A DNA stretch of 64,000 bases from Minisyncoccota bacterium (GTDB taxonomy: Bacteria > Patescibacteriota > Minisyncoccia > Phycocordibacterales > DASSSU01). The notes under the pieces were generated by a model. That model did not search any database. It was not told the origin of the DNA and saw only the letters and a program-made list of their open reading frames with translations. The stretch lies in NCBI GenBank assembly GCA_035708305.1, contig DASSSU010000030.1:9649-73648 (forward strand), in the 5' to 3' direction. Every line of letters starts with the position of its first letter. The first letter of the stretch is position 1. Shown here piece by piece: positions 38,783 to 47,198 of the stretch. A program made the position numbers and the translations under genes.

Positions 38783-39307
38783 ATGCCACAAGAAGATAAA
38801 AATAAAAACCCGAAAGCGGATGATCCAGAGATGGAGAGCACTTCTGCAGACCGCCGGATGATTCCCGAGCGATCGGGAGGTTCATCATTTCGCGGTGCGC
38901 TTGATCGATTTTTTGATGACGGGTTTGAGCCGCTTGAGTTTTGGCGAAACCCGCGGGGGCTTGCGGCGCAGGTCAGTCGCAGCATGATGCCTCGCGTGGA
39001 CGTGTCTGAAACCGATATGGAAGTGAAGGTGGTCGCGGACGTTCCTGGGGTGGATCCCGATGATATTGAAATTGAGGTGCACGAAAACCGTATGACAATC
39101 AGTGGCAGCACGGAAAAAGAAATGCACTCTGATGAAAAGCCGTATCGGTATGAGCGATCGTATGGGTCGTTCCGAAGAGAGTTTACGCTTCCGGCGAAAG
39201 TCGAAGAAGAAGGAATCAGGGCAACATGCAAAGATGGTGTTTTGACTATCATGCTTCCAAAGGCCGAAGAAGAAAAGAAAAAGAAAATTCGCATTGAAAG
39301 AGGGTAG
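38783..39307 (+). CDS. Hsp20/alpha-crystallin small heat shock protein
   Basis: PRVDVSE, ADVPG, ERSYGSFRR, DGVLTI.LPK. Confidence 0.93.
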   Translation: MPQEDKNKNPKADDPEMESTSADRRMIPERSGGSSFRGALDRFFDDGFEPLEFWRNPRGLAAQVSRSMMPRVDVSETDMEVKVVADVPGVDPDDIEIEVHENRMTISGSTEKEMHSDEKPYRYERSYGSFRREFTLPAKVEEEGIRATCKDGVLTIMLPKAEEEKKKKIRIERG

Positions 39308-39364
39308 CTAAAAAACGCGGGCAAGATTGCAGGCTTTTTAAGTAAATAAAAAAGAAAAAGAACC

Positions 39365-40042
39365 ATTCAAAAATTTAAAAACAGAACCGAAGCGGGGAAA
39401 CTTCTTGCGGAGCAGCTTGCCAAATACCGCGATGAGCATCCTTTGATTCTCGCACTTCCTCGCGGAGGGGTGCCGGTCGGTTTTGAAGTGGCGAAATTTT
39501 TTCATACGATGCTCGACACCGTCGTAGCGCGGAAAATAGGAATGCCCGAAAACCCGGAGCTCGGGGTGGGAGCAATCGCGCCCGGGGATGTGATCGTTTT
39601 TGACGAAGGTGCGATGAAGTTTTTGGGGTATCGGAAAAAAGATTTTGAAAAAGTCGCCAGGGAAGAAATGGAGGAAATGGATCGGCGGATCGTGCGATAC
39701 CAGAGCGGGGAGTACAGTATGAACATTGTACCAAAAACGGTGATCGTGGTGGACGACGGGATTGCGACTGGAGTGACTGCCCGCGCGGCGGTCGCCTCGG
39801 TGAAGATCACGCAAAATCCGGAAAAAATAATTTTTGCCACACCGGTGTGCGCTCGGGAATCCGCGGACGTGGTACGCGGTGCGGTGGATGAGTTTGTGTG
39901 TCTCCATGAAGTAGAGCATCTCATGTCCGTGGGCGAGTGGTATGATGACTTTCCGCAAACGACGGACGACGACGTGATCGCGCTTTTGGAAACATCCAAA
40001 GAGCGGTTCTGTCTCGAGGAGGATGAAAGAAGGGAGGAGTGA
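39365..40042 (+). CDS. Type I phosphoribosyltransferase; apparent ATT start
   Basis: FKNRTEAG..LA, LALPRGGVP, VVDDGIATG, VGEWY.DF.QTTD; first conserved residues lie upstream of any ATG/GTG/TTG. Confidence 0.85.
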   Translation: MQKFKNRTEAGKLLAEQLAKYRDEHPLILALPRGGVPVGFEVAKFFHTMLDTVVARKIGMPENPELGVGAIAPGDVIVFDEGAMKFLGYRKKDFEKVAREEMEEMDRRIVRYQSGEYSMNIVPKTVIVVDDGIATGVTARAAVASVKITQNPEKIIFATPVCARESADVVRGAVDEFVCLHEVEHLMSVGEWYDDFPQTTDDDVIALLETSKERFCLEEDERREE

Positions 40043-40054
40043 AAAAAGTAATAA

Positions 40055-40537
40055 TTACAGCAATTTTTTGATTTCTTCCAAATAATTTTTTGTCAGCTCG
40101 TGTTCAGTTTCAGGGATGAGAATGTCTCCTGGTTCTTCTTCTTTTTCACCGTACAGGATGGTTTGCTTTTCTGCTTTGTGCGTCTCTGAGAGGTTTGCTT
40201 TTATATCATCGACAAATTCACGGCCGCATAAATCGTAAAAATCTTTCAATATCTCCGGATCGGTAAAGTTATGGCGTGGAGTCATTGAAGCGAGTATTAA
40301 ATACTCAACTGAGTATTTTTGTGCAACCATCCATCCCAGAACAGCGCCGAGAGAAAAACCAAAAATAGTACTTTGTGGTTCTGCTTTAAAAATTTGTTTT
40401 GAAAGCGGTTTTTTCCAGTCAATTGATTTGATGAAAACTTGGTAATTTTTTGCCCCCGCAAGTTTCTTTAAAGTTTGGTATGCTTCTTCCTCCCCGGTAT
40501 CTTCCCAGCCAGCAACAATGTAGAGTGTTTTTGACAT
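40055..40537 (-). CDS. Small alpha/beta hydrolase
   Basis: GFSLG nucleophile elbow, YGEKE, TEHEL. Confidence 0.75.
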   Translation of the reverse strand: MSKTLYIVAGWEDTGEEEAYQTLKKLAGAKNYQVFIKSIDWKKPLSKQIFKAEPQSTIFGFSLGAVLGWMVAQKYSVEYLILASMTPRHNFTDPEILKDFYDLCGREFVDDIKANLSETHKAEKQTILYGEKEEEPGDILIPETEHELTKNYLEEIKKLL

Positions 40538-40690
40538 AGAATGAAAAAAAGAACGCAAGAGTCTTGTGTGTTCGTATTGTATTATGAACGAGGATGAAAA
40601 CAAGTCAAAAACTATTAAAATTCTTTGGACTTGGCAGGAAGGGAAAAAAGGGTATGATGAACTCGGATGTACCCAAAAGAGGAAGATGAG

Positions 40691-41098
40691 ATGAATGAAA
40701 TTGCACGGAATGACCAAGCTCGCGCAGCATTAACCGATTTTATAGGGGAAAACTGTCAACCTTTTCGCCCGTACGCAGTCTATCGGCGAAACACCAGAAG
40801 AATCGAAGCTGTCTTTCGCGATTGCAGCACTGAAGAAATTTTTCTCGGCAGAAGTGGGGTGATCAGCATTCTGAAGGACTCACATTCTGAAAAAGTGGCC
40901 GGCGTGACGATGCGTTGTGATCTTGAACTTCTTTTGAGGGAAGAAGAAGGTGGAAGTTTGTCACTGCGAAACGCTTTGAAACGCTTTCTGAAAAAATTGA
41001 TGGTTTATGATCCGGATGCGTTCAAGGAAATAATTAAAAGATACCGCGCATTGCGCCGTCTCGTGAACAAAGATCTCATGATCAAAATCTTGGACTAA
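40691..41098 (+). CDS. Hypothetical protein
   Basis: GAGGA SD; terminator at 41127-41154. Confidence 0.6.
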   Translation: MNEIARNDQARAALTDFIGENCQPFRPYAVYRRNTRRIEAVFRDCSTEEIFLGRSGVISILKDSHSEKVAGVTMRCDLELLLREEEGGSLSLRNALKRFLKKLMVYDPDAFKEIIKRYRALRRLVNKDLMIKILD

Positions 41099-41126
41099 GT
41101 TCCATCCAAAATAATAGATTCAATTT

Positions 41127-41154
41127 AAGGCTGTCTTGATGGGGCAGCCTTTTT
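41127..41154. terminator. Terminator between convergent genes
   Basis: AAGGCTGTCT/GGGCAGCCTT stem plus T run. Confidence 0.65.
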
Positions 41155-41168
41155 GCAAAAGAAGAGGG

Positions 41169-42425
41169 TCAAAGAGCTTCAGGGATTTTGCTTTCGTCCA
41201 AGGTTTGAATTTCCGGAAGTCGCACTTTTTCTGTCTCCACACACTTCCCATACTCTTCGTAAATGTCCTCCCATTTTTCTGAGATTTTTGAAGCTTCGAA
41301 TTTCTCTATCTTTTCCTTGGCATTTTCTCCCATTTTTTTTCGGGTTTCTTCATTTTCCAAGAGGAATTGGATTTTTGATGCAAGTGTTTCTGCGTCGTCA
41401 TACCGCATGACAAAGCCGGTGTCTTCGGTAATGTATTCTCGGAGGCCGCGTGCATCGGCACCGACGGCTGGCAATCCCGCAGCGTAGGCTTGCGCGAGCG
41501 TGAGAGGCTGGTTCTCGGCTGTGCCGAAGATCGCAAAAATATCTGAAGCTTTGTAAAATTCCGAGAGCTGTGCGGGTTCGACAAATCCCATAAAGTGTAC
41601 GTTTGCTTGGAGCGAGAGCGATCGAGTGAGCGATTTCAGCTCTTTTTCCGTGGAACCGTGTCCGGCGATCACGAACTGTACGTCAGGAATCTTTTCCTTC
41701 ACTTTCGGGAGCGCGCGCAAAATCGTATCGACGTGCTTTTCCGGGGCGAGTCTCCCGCAGTAAAAAACAGTGGGTCCATCGAAATGGTATTTTTCTTTCA
41801 AAGATTTTTTCTCACTTTCGGTTGCGGGTGAAAACATTTCCAGAGAAAGCGGATTGACGATCACCTCCGCCGGAGCTTTCAGGCCCTGGCTTTGCATGTC
41901 GCGAAGAAGCCCCTGCGCGGGGGTGCTCACAAAACGGCAGTGATTGTAGTACCAAGCAACATAAGAATGCATCGAACGCAAAATCACGCCTCGCCGAAGT
42001 GAGGACGGGAAAAATTCATCGATAAACGTATGGTTGGTGCCGATGAGCGGAATGCGTAATTTTTTTGCTATTTTGATCGCTTCCAAACCGGTGCCGAAAA
42101 ATGATTGGGTATGAATGATATCTGGTTTAAAGGAGTCTAAAAACTGGAGAGAACGCTCGCCTCCGACGGGGAGGACGACCCGGGATTGTCCGGTAGGGGA
42201 AAACGGCAGCGGAAGGGAGGGAAGGCGGAATGCCCGGAATGAGCGATCTTCTTTTTCTTCCTCCAAAGACCGTCCGGATTTTTGGTAATCTTTTTCCGAA
42301 TACCGCGGGCCAACGTAGCGCACTTCATGCCCCCGTTTCTCAAGCTGCTTTCCGAGAATCATGATCGAATCGGCGATGCCGCTTACCTCAGGATAAAAGT
42401 TGTCCGAAAAAAAAACAATGCGCAT
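41169..42425 (-). CDS. GT4 glycosyltransferase (diacylglycerol glucosyltransferase-like)
   Basis: FSDNFYPEVSG, IHTQS, GTNHT, GRLAPEK, ENQPL..AQA. Confidence 0.88.
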   Translation of the reverse strand: MRIVFFSDNFYPEVSGIADSIMILGKQLEKRGHEVRYVGPRYSEKDYQKSGRSLEEEKEDRSFRAFRLPSLPLPFSPTGQSRVVLPVGGERSLQFLDSFKPDIIHTQSFFGTGLEAIKIAKKLRIPLIGTNHTFIDEFFPSSLRRGVILRSMHSYVAWYYNHCRFVSTPAQGLLRDMQSQGLKAPAEVIVNPLSLEMFSPATESEKKSLKEKYHFDGPTVFYCGRLAPEKHVDTILRALPKVKEKIPDVQFVIAGHGSTEKELKSLTRSLSLQANVHFMGFVEPAQLSEFYKASDIFAIFGTAENQPLTLAQAYAAGLPAVGADARGLREYITEDTGFVMRYDDAETLASKIQFLLENEETRKKMGENAKEKIEKFEASKISEKWEDIYEEYGKCVETEKVRLPEIQTLDESKIPEAL

Positions 42426-42436
42426 GGTTTGGTTCT

Positions 42437-43024
42437 TTAGCTTTCCTGTAATTTTTCGGCAATCTCCTCGGACACTTTTTTGAAGGCGTAATAAAATCCG
42501 ATGAAGAAAAGTGCGAGGATCAGCAGGCCGACTATTTTGTAATACTGAAAAAAGGTTTGGTACGAGGTGCCCATGAGATAGCCCACGAGAAGAAAGGCGA
42601 GATTTTTGGGGAGCGTGACCAAAACGGAAATAATGGTAAAAGTGCGGTAGCTGAGTTTTGAAGTTCCCGCGGCGATGAATCCCGGCCCGGGAATGAACGG
42701 TGCGATCTTGAGAATGATGATCGCTTTGATCTTGTGTTTTTCAAAAACGTGATCAAAAACTTCCATTCTTGCTTTGGTAAGCCCCACCCAGTGCCCGTGC
42801 TCTTCCAGGAATTTTGCTTTTGCTATTTTTCCGATCGAAAAGTAAAGCAGGTCCGGAATGACATCACCGAGCACCGAGATGAGAAAAACGAGGAGGAAGT
42901 TGAAGTATCCGAGCGTGATCAAAAAGCCGGCAATGGCGGTGATAATCGGCCCCTCGATGGCAGTTGCCAGAAAGAGCAGTCCGTAACCGTAGTGTATGAT
43001 GTCTGGGAGTGCTTGGAAAAACAT
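42437..43024 (-). CDS. DedA/VTT family membrane protein
   Basis: HYGY..LF...IEGP...AGFL, GD, AAG. Confidence 0.85.
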   Translation of the reverse strand: MFFQALPDIIHYGYGLLFLATAIEGPIITAIAGFLITLGYFNFLLVFLISVLGDVIPDLLYFSIGKIAKAKFLEEHGHWVGLTKARMEVFDHVFEKHKIKAIIILKIAPFIPGPGFIAAGTSKLSYRTFTIISVLVTLPKNLAFLLVGYLMGTSYQTFFQYYKIVGLLILALFFIGFYYAFKKVSEEIAEKLQES

Positions 43025-43208
43025 GAGTGTTACCTTGCCCAAAGCTGCATACCGAAATGTCTCGGGCGGCATTGAACCCCTTCAGTATACCATTTGGGCG
43101 ATGGTATTTGAATGATCTCAATTTTCAGTGAAGAATTGACGGCATGGTACAATAAGAGGCACGTGCGTAACTTTCAAAGCGAGAGGCAGCAATGAAATTC
43201 TCAATCAT

Positions 43209-43844
43209 ATGTTTCAACTCATTCCTTTTATTAAAGCGGCGGGGTACGTCGGTGTCGGCGGGCTGGTTTTTGCCGAGTCGGGGCTTTTGTTTGGATTTTT
43301 TTTCCCAGGCGACAGTCTGCTTTTTACCGCTGGGCTGCTTGCGTCTCAGGGGTATCTGAACATCTTCATTCTTCTTGGTGTTACTTTTTTCTCTGCGGTG
43401 GTGGGCGACAGTGTGGGGTATGCGATCGGGAAAAAAGCCGGGCCGAAGATCTTTAACAAACAAGAATCCATCTGGTTTCATCCGAGTCATGTGGAGCGGG
43501 CAAACGCGTTTTTTGAAAAGTATGGCTCCAAAGCGATTGTGTTTGCGCGGTTTGTGCCGGTCGTGCGAACGTTTGTCCCGGTGATCGCCGGGGTGGGGAT
43601 GATGAAGTACAAAAAGTTTTTTGTAAGCAACGTGATCGGCGCGCTCTTGTGGGCGGTTGGTGTGGTGTGTGCGGGGTTTTTCCTTGGGCAGGTGTTTCCA
43701 AACGCCGAGCACTATCTGCTGCCGATCATTATTTTCATCATCGTACTTTCGTTCTTGCCGGCTCTCGTGCACCTCTGGCGTGATGAAAGCGCCCGAAAGC
43801 AATTGGTAGAAATGTGGAAGAGAATGATGAGTCGGAAGAAGTAA
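43209..43844 (+). CDS. dedA: DedA family protein (canonical)
   Basis: FAESGLLFGFFFPGDSLLFTAG, GDSVGY, ARFVPVVRTFVP..AG. Confidence 0.92.
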   Translation: MFQLIPFIKAAGYVGVGGLVFAESGLLFGFFFPGDSLLFTAGLLASQGYLNIFILLGVTFFSAVVGDSVGYAIGKKAGPKIFNKQESIWFHPSHVERANAFFEKYGSKAIVFARFVPVVRTFVPVIAGVGMMKYKKFFVSNVIGALLWAVGVVCAGFFLGQVFPNAEHYLLPIIIFIIVLSFLPALVHLWRDESARKQLVEMWKRMMSRKK

Positions 43845-43875
43845 AAATTAGAGTTAAATTGGAGAAAGCAAAATT

Positions 43876-44559
43876 TTAGATTATCGTACTACGTTTCCGC
43901 ATGATGTAAATCTGTTTCACTGCCGAAAGAGGACTAATGGTTTTAAAGATTTCGATCATCATTCTCGTATCAGCTCTTACTCCTTTTATCCAGCCATATT
44001 TCCGATATTTGTATGGACTGGAAACGTTTTTCCACCGAACGATTGCGATATTGCTTTTTTGGTCTATTAGCAACTTGTTGAAAAAAACCTCAAGAGCGAA
44101 TCCGGATAGATGTTCTATATTTGCCATATGATGATCAAAAAAAGAACGAGGAAAGACTCTCTCGCCTGAAATATAGTCTATTCCGATAATGCGCCACACA
44201 AGTGGAGCGTTTCCGCGTAAGCTTATACTCACATCGACCTTATTTTTTATGACCGGCTCGATAAGAAGATCAATATCAGAAGGAGTGAGACCAGTGAGAT
44301 CTGCGTCTAACAAAAGAATAAAATCTCCGGAAGCATTTTGAATACCATGGTACACCGCTTTGCTTTTTCCCTCGTTTTTTGAGTGAGAAAGAAGTTTGAC
44401 ATGAGAAAATTTTTTTACAACTTCTGCGGTATTATCTGTAGAACAGTCGTCTACTACAATAATTTCTTTTATATAAGAGCTTTTTGAAACCGTCTGCAAA
44501 ACGATACCGATACGGGCTTCTTCGTTGTAGGCGGGGATGATGCAGGAAACGTTCTTCAT
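43876..44559 (-). CDS. GT2 glycosyltransferase (polyprenol-phosphate/GpgS-like)
   Basis: IIPAYNE, VDDCSTD, GK, LDADL, SGER. Confidence 0.88.
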   Translation of the reverse strand: MKNVSCIIPAYNEEARIGIVLQTVSKSSYIKEIIVVDDCSTDNTAEVVKKFSHVKLLSHSKNEGKSKAVYHGIQNASGDFILLLDADLTGLTPSDIDLLIEPVIKNKVDVSISLRGNAPLVWRIIGIDYISGERVFPRSFFDHHMANIEHLSGFALEVFFNKLLIDQKSNIAIVRWKNVSSPYKYRKYGWIKGVRADTRMMIEIFKTISPLSAVKQIYIMRKRSTII

Positions 44560-45131
44560 AGTTCTTTTTCTTTCACTTTTTTTCGGAGGAAAAAAATAAT
44601 TACTGCTGCTATCGTGATTAAGCCAATAATAAGAGTTGCTGTTTCAATATCTTTGTTGATTTTATTGTATGCATATCCGAGATAGTAACCAATAACAATA
44701 AAAAATAATGATTTTGGAATTGTGCCAAGGAGATTGTACCATAAGAATTTTGAAAGAGGCATTTTTGCAACCCCCGCAGCGATAAGAATAACAAAGCCCG
44801 AAGCATGGGTAAGCTTACCAAAAAGAAGCGTTCTCCCTCCCTTTGTTTGAAATCGTTTCTCAAGCTGTTTCATGTGTTTTTCCTGAGATTTAAAATATTT
44901 TTGAAATATTTTTTCTCCCCACCACCGTCCAGGCGCATAATGAAGCACATCTCCCACGAGGTCTGCCACAACAACCACCGCAAGAACAAGGTAAATATTA
45001 AAAAAACCCTGAAGTACCAGAAAACTTGCAATAACGGAAATAATGGGTCCTTCAATCACGGCGATCAAGAAAAGAAGGACATATCCATAATGTTGGAGTA
45101 GAAATATGGTAGTATCAAGTGTTGGCATCAC
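44556..45131 (-). CDS. DedA/VTT family membrane protein (start GTG 45131 or ATG 45128)
   Basis: HYGYVLLF..VIEGP, DLVGD, GKLTH, AAG; TGgTATACT 6 nt before the GTG. Confidence 0.85.
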   Translation of the reverse strand: MMPTLDTTIFLLQHYGYVLLFLIAVIEGPIISVIASFLVLQGFFNIYLVLAVVVVADLVGDVLHYAPGRWWGEKIFQKYFKSQEKHMKQLEKRFQTKGGRTLLFGKLTHASGFVILIAAGVAKMPLSKFLWYNLLGTIPKSLFFIVIGYYLGYAYNKINKDIETATLIIGLITIAAVIIFFLRKKVKEKEL

Positions 45132-45144
45132 GGTCTCAGTATAC

Positions 45145-45219
45145 CATCTCCTCCGCGATGAAACCGCTCGGAAGCAGCTCGCCGAGGTGTGGAGGAGGGT
45201 GAGGAGTCGGAAGAAATAA
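45145..45219 (+). pseudogene. Orphan 3'-end remnant of dedA
   Basis: HLLRDETARKQLAEVWRRVRSRKK* vs HLWRDESARKQLVEMWKRMMSRKK* (43770-43844): 17/24 aa and 55/75 nt identical by manual count, no gaps. Confidence 0.88.
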
Positions 45220-45239
45220 ATATACAAAATTCAGTACAC

Positions 45240-45917
45240 TCACTTCAAATTAACTCCGCTCATATTCAAAATTTCCTTTGCTGGTTTGCGGGTTAGTGTA
45301 AGAACAGTTTCGTTTGGTTTTTTCTCCAAGGCTTTTTGGATGATATAAAAACCTACAGAATATCCAAGCCATTTCGGAATTTCTGAATTGACTCCGTGGA
45401 ACCATTCTGGGTAATTGCACGGCTCTGCGGGGTTCGAGCATTTTGTTTTTATAAGTGAAAGATATTCCTGAATAATTTTCTCATTAACGAGAAGCCATGG
45501 AGGAGCATATCTTGTCCATTGTTCCTTTTCAAAAGCGCCTGCCAATCCTTCGGTGACAAGAAGTTCTTCAAGTGTTTCTCCAAAACCTTGTGTTTGCCAT
45601 CGTTTGAGATGATTGAATTCGTGGAAAATCGCTCCAGGTACTCTTGTTTCTAGTATCTCCTCGGCTGTGTGTTTTTTTTCGGTCATATCGATAGAAATTT
45701 GAACCCAATCTTCTGTGGGTGTGTACCCCCCCTCTCCGGTTTCAGAAATTGTCCAGGAAGCTTTTGGGTACACTGTTACATTCACCGGAAAAGTTAAATC
45801 AAGCAGAGAAGCGGCTTGATTACTATAATTTTCCACAATCTTGTGAAGTTGCTTTTCTTCTTCTTTTCTTAGCTCGGAAGTGTGAAGAATATGGACATAT
45901 ATATTTTTTTGATTCAT
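45240..45917 (-). CDS. DUF2268 putative Zn-dependent protease
   Basis: HEFNH..R, EGLA..F, PKWLGYSVG. Confidence 0.85.
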   Translation of the reverse strand: MNQKNIYVHILHTSELRKEEEKQLHKIVENYSNQAASLLDLTFPVNVTVYPKASWTISETGEGGYTPTEDWVQISIDMTEKKHTAEEILETRVPGAIFHEFNHLKRWQTQGFGETLEELLVTEGLAGAFEKEQWTRYAPPWLLVNEKIIQEYLSLIKTKCSNPAEPCNYPEWFHGVNSEIPKWLGYSVGFYIIQKALEKKPNETVLTLTRKPAKEILNMSGVNLK

Positions 45918-46003
45918 ACAAAAATTTTATAGGAAAAAATTATTTACTCAATTAATTTTTTTTGTTAAGGTTAATTAGGATTAATACTATAACCGTATGC
46001 TTT

Positions 46004-46675
46004 ATGAATAGAAAAAATATTTGGAAGGGAACCAAGGTTTATTTGATCTATACATTTGTATTTTCTATACTTCTTGTCCCTGCAACGTACGCAGTTTCTG
46101 TATATGCCGTAACTTATCCAAGTCGGGGACTTTTTAAGATGAGCCTTAACAAAACTGTGGACCGTGGACAAATTGGAATGTCATCCACACGCTCTTATGA
46201 CTCAGATATTATTGCTGCTTATTCAAAAGTTCAAAGTTCCACGACCGGATACTCTCAAATGCCTTCCAGTATTTGGCCAAATGGTTATGACATGATTCAA
46301 AATAACTGGACGGGAACATGGAATAATTATGTGGACATTATGTTTACCTGGAAAGACAGAACAGGGGATTCTGTTGGAGAGACTTATTCTTATGCAGAAC
46401 CAAGTAGCTGGTGCACATTTTGGGGTCAGTCATATCCGTGTGGCAATTATTCAGTTATACAAATAGACACTACGCGGTGGGCAAATTATGGAGCAGGTTC
46501 TCTTAGACAGCGTTTGATCGAACACGAAACTGGACACGCAGTAGGTATGTACGACTATTGTAGTTCGGATAGTATCATGAATAACGGTGATCCATCTTGC
46601 AATAATGGAAAATGGACAGCGGTAATGTATTACCAACCAATTGATCGAACCAACACGAGTGCTGTTTATCAATAG
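46004..46675 (+). CDS. Secreted metzincin-type Zn metallopeptidase (snapalysin/matrixin-like)
   Basis: Signal peptide; HETGHAVGMYD; SIM Met-turn; four Cys. Confidence 0.7.
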   Translation: MNRKNIWKGTKVYLIYTFVFSILLVPATYAVSVYAVTYPSRGLFKMSLNKTVDRGQIGMSSTRSYDSDIIAAYSKVQSSTTGYSQMPSSIWPNGYDMIQNNWTGTWNNYVDIMFTWKDRTGDSVGETYSYAEPSSWCTFWGQSYPCGNYSVIQIDTTRWANYGAGSLRQRLIEHETGHAVGMYDYCSSDSIMNNGDPSCNNGKWTAVMYYQPIDRTNTSAVYQ

Positions 46676-46701
46676 TAATTACTACTTAACATATAGAAAG
46701 T

Positions 46702-47178
46702 ATGCAACACTTACTCTTAAACAAGAATAAATTTATTATTGCTGGATCTCTCATCAGTGCTCTTGTATTAACCTTTACAGTTATTTCTCCCGCTCTTGTT
46801 GATGCTCAACAAGATATGCTTACTCAAACAAATTGTGCAAATCTTCAGTACCCCTCAAAAGAAGAACCAACTATTCTTACTGACACGGAAACGGGTCTTA
46901 TAAATATTAGTTATACAGATTCAAGCGGCACAAAAAAACAAACGCAGTTAAATTTTAAAAAAGATAATCCTGATAAATGCTCAAATCAGGGCAGAAGAAT
47001 CTTAACGGATGTAAAGGAGTACCAAGCAAAGTACAACTCCGATATGTGTAACGAAATGACCGAAATCGTGGAAGGTAAGAAAGCAATGCCTGTTTTGGAT
47101 GAAAAACGGCCAACCATGGATCAAGCAAAAGCTTTTCAGAGGTCAATTTGTGCAATGAATGCTCAAAATGGTAAATAA
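46702..47178 (+). CDS. Secreted hypothetical protein with four Cys
   Basis: Signal peptide ending VDA-Q; co-oriented with the peptidase. Confidence 0.7.
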   Translation: MQHLLLNKNKFIIAGSLISALVLTFTVISPALVDAQQDMLTQTNCANLQYPSKEEPTILTDTETGLINISYTDSSGTKKQTQLNFKKDNPDKCSNQGRRILTDVKEYQAKYNSDMCNEMTEIVEGKKAMPVLDEKRPTMDQAKAFQRSICAMNAQNGK

Positions 47179-47198
47179 TTCTGTATTTATTTCAGAAA

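Noticed and set aside
40583-40694. Short ORFs upstream of 40691 and a GAGGATGAAA match to the PRTase 3' end
   Set aside because: A 10-bp purine-rich match is at chance level, and the ORFs are under 40 aa without support.
45148-45197. GC-rich hairpin first read as a possible ncRNA (SRP-like GGAAGCAGC)
   Set aside because: Better explained as the coding remnant of the dedA 3' end; the SRP core is incomplete.
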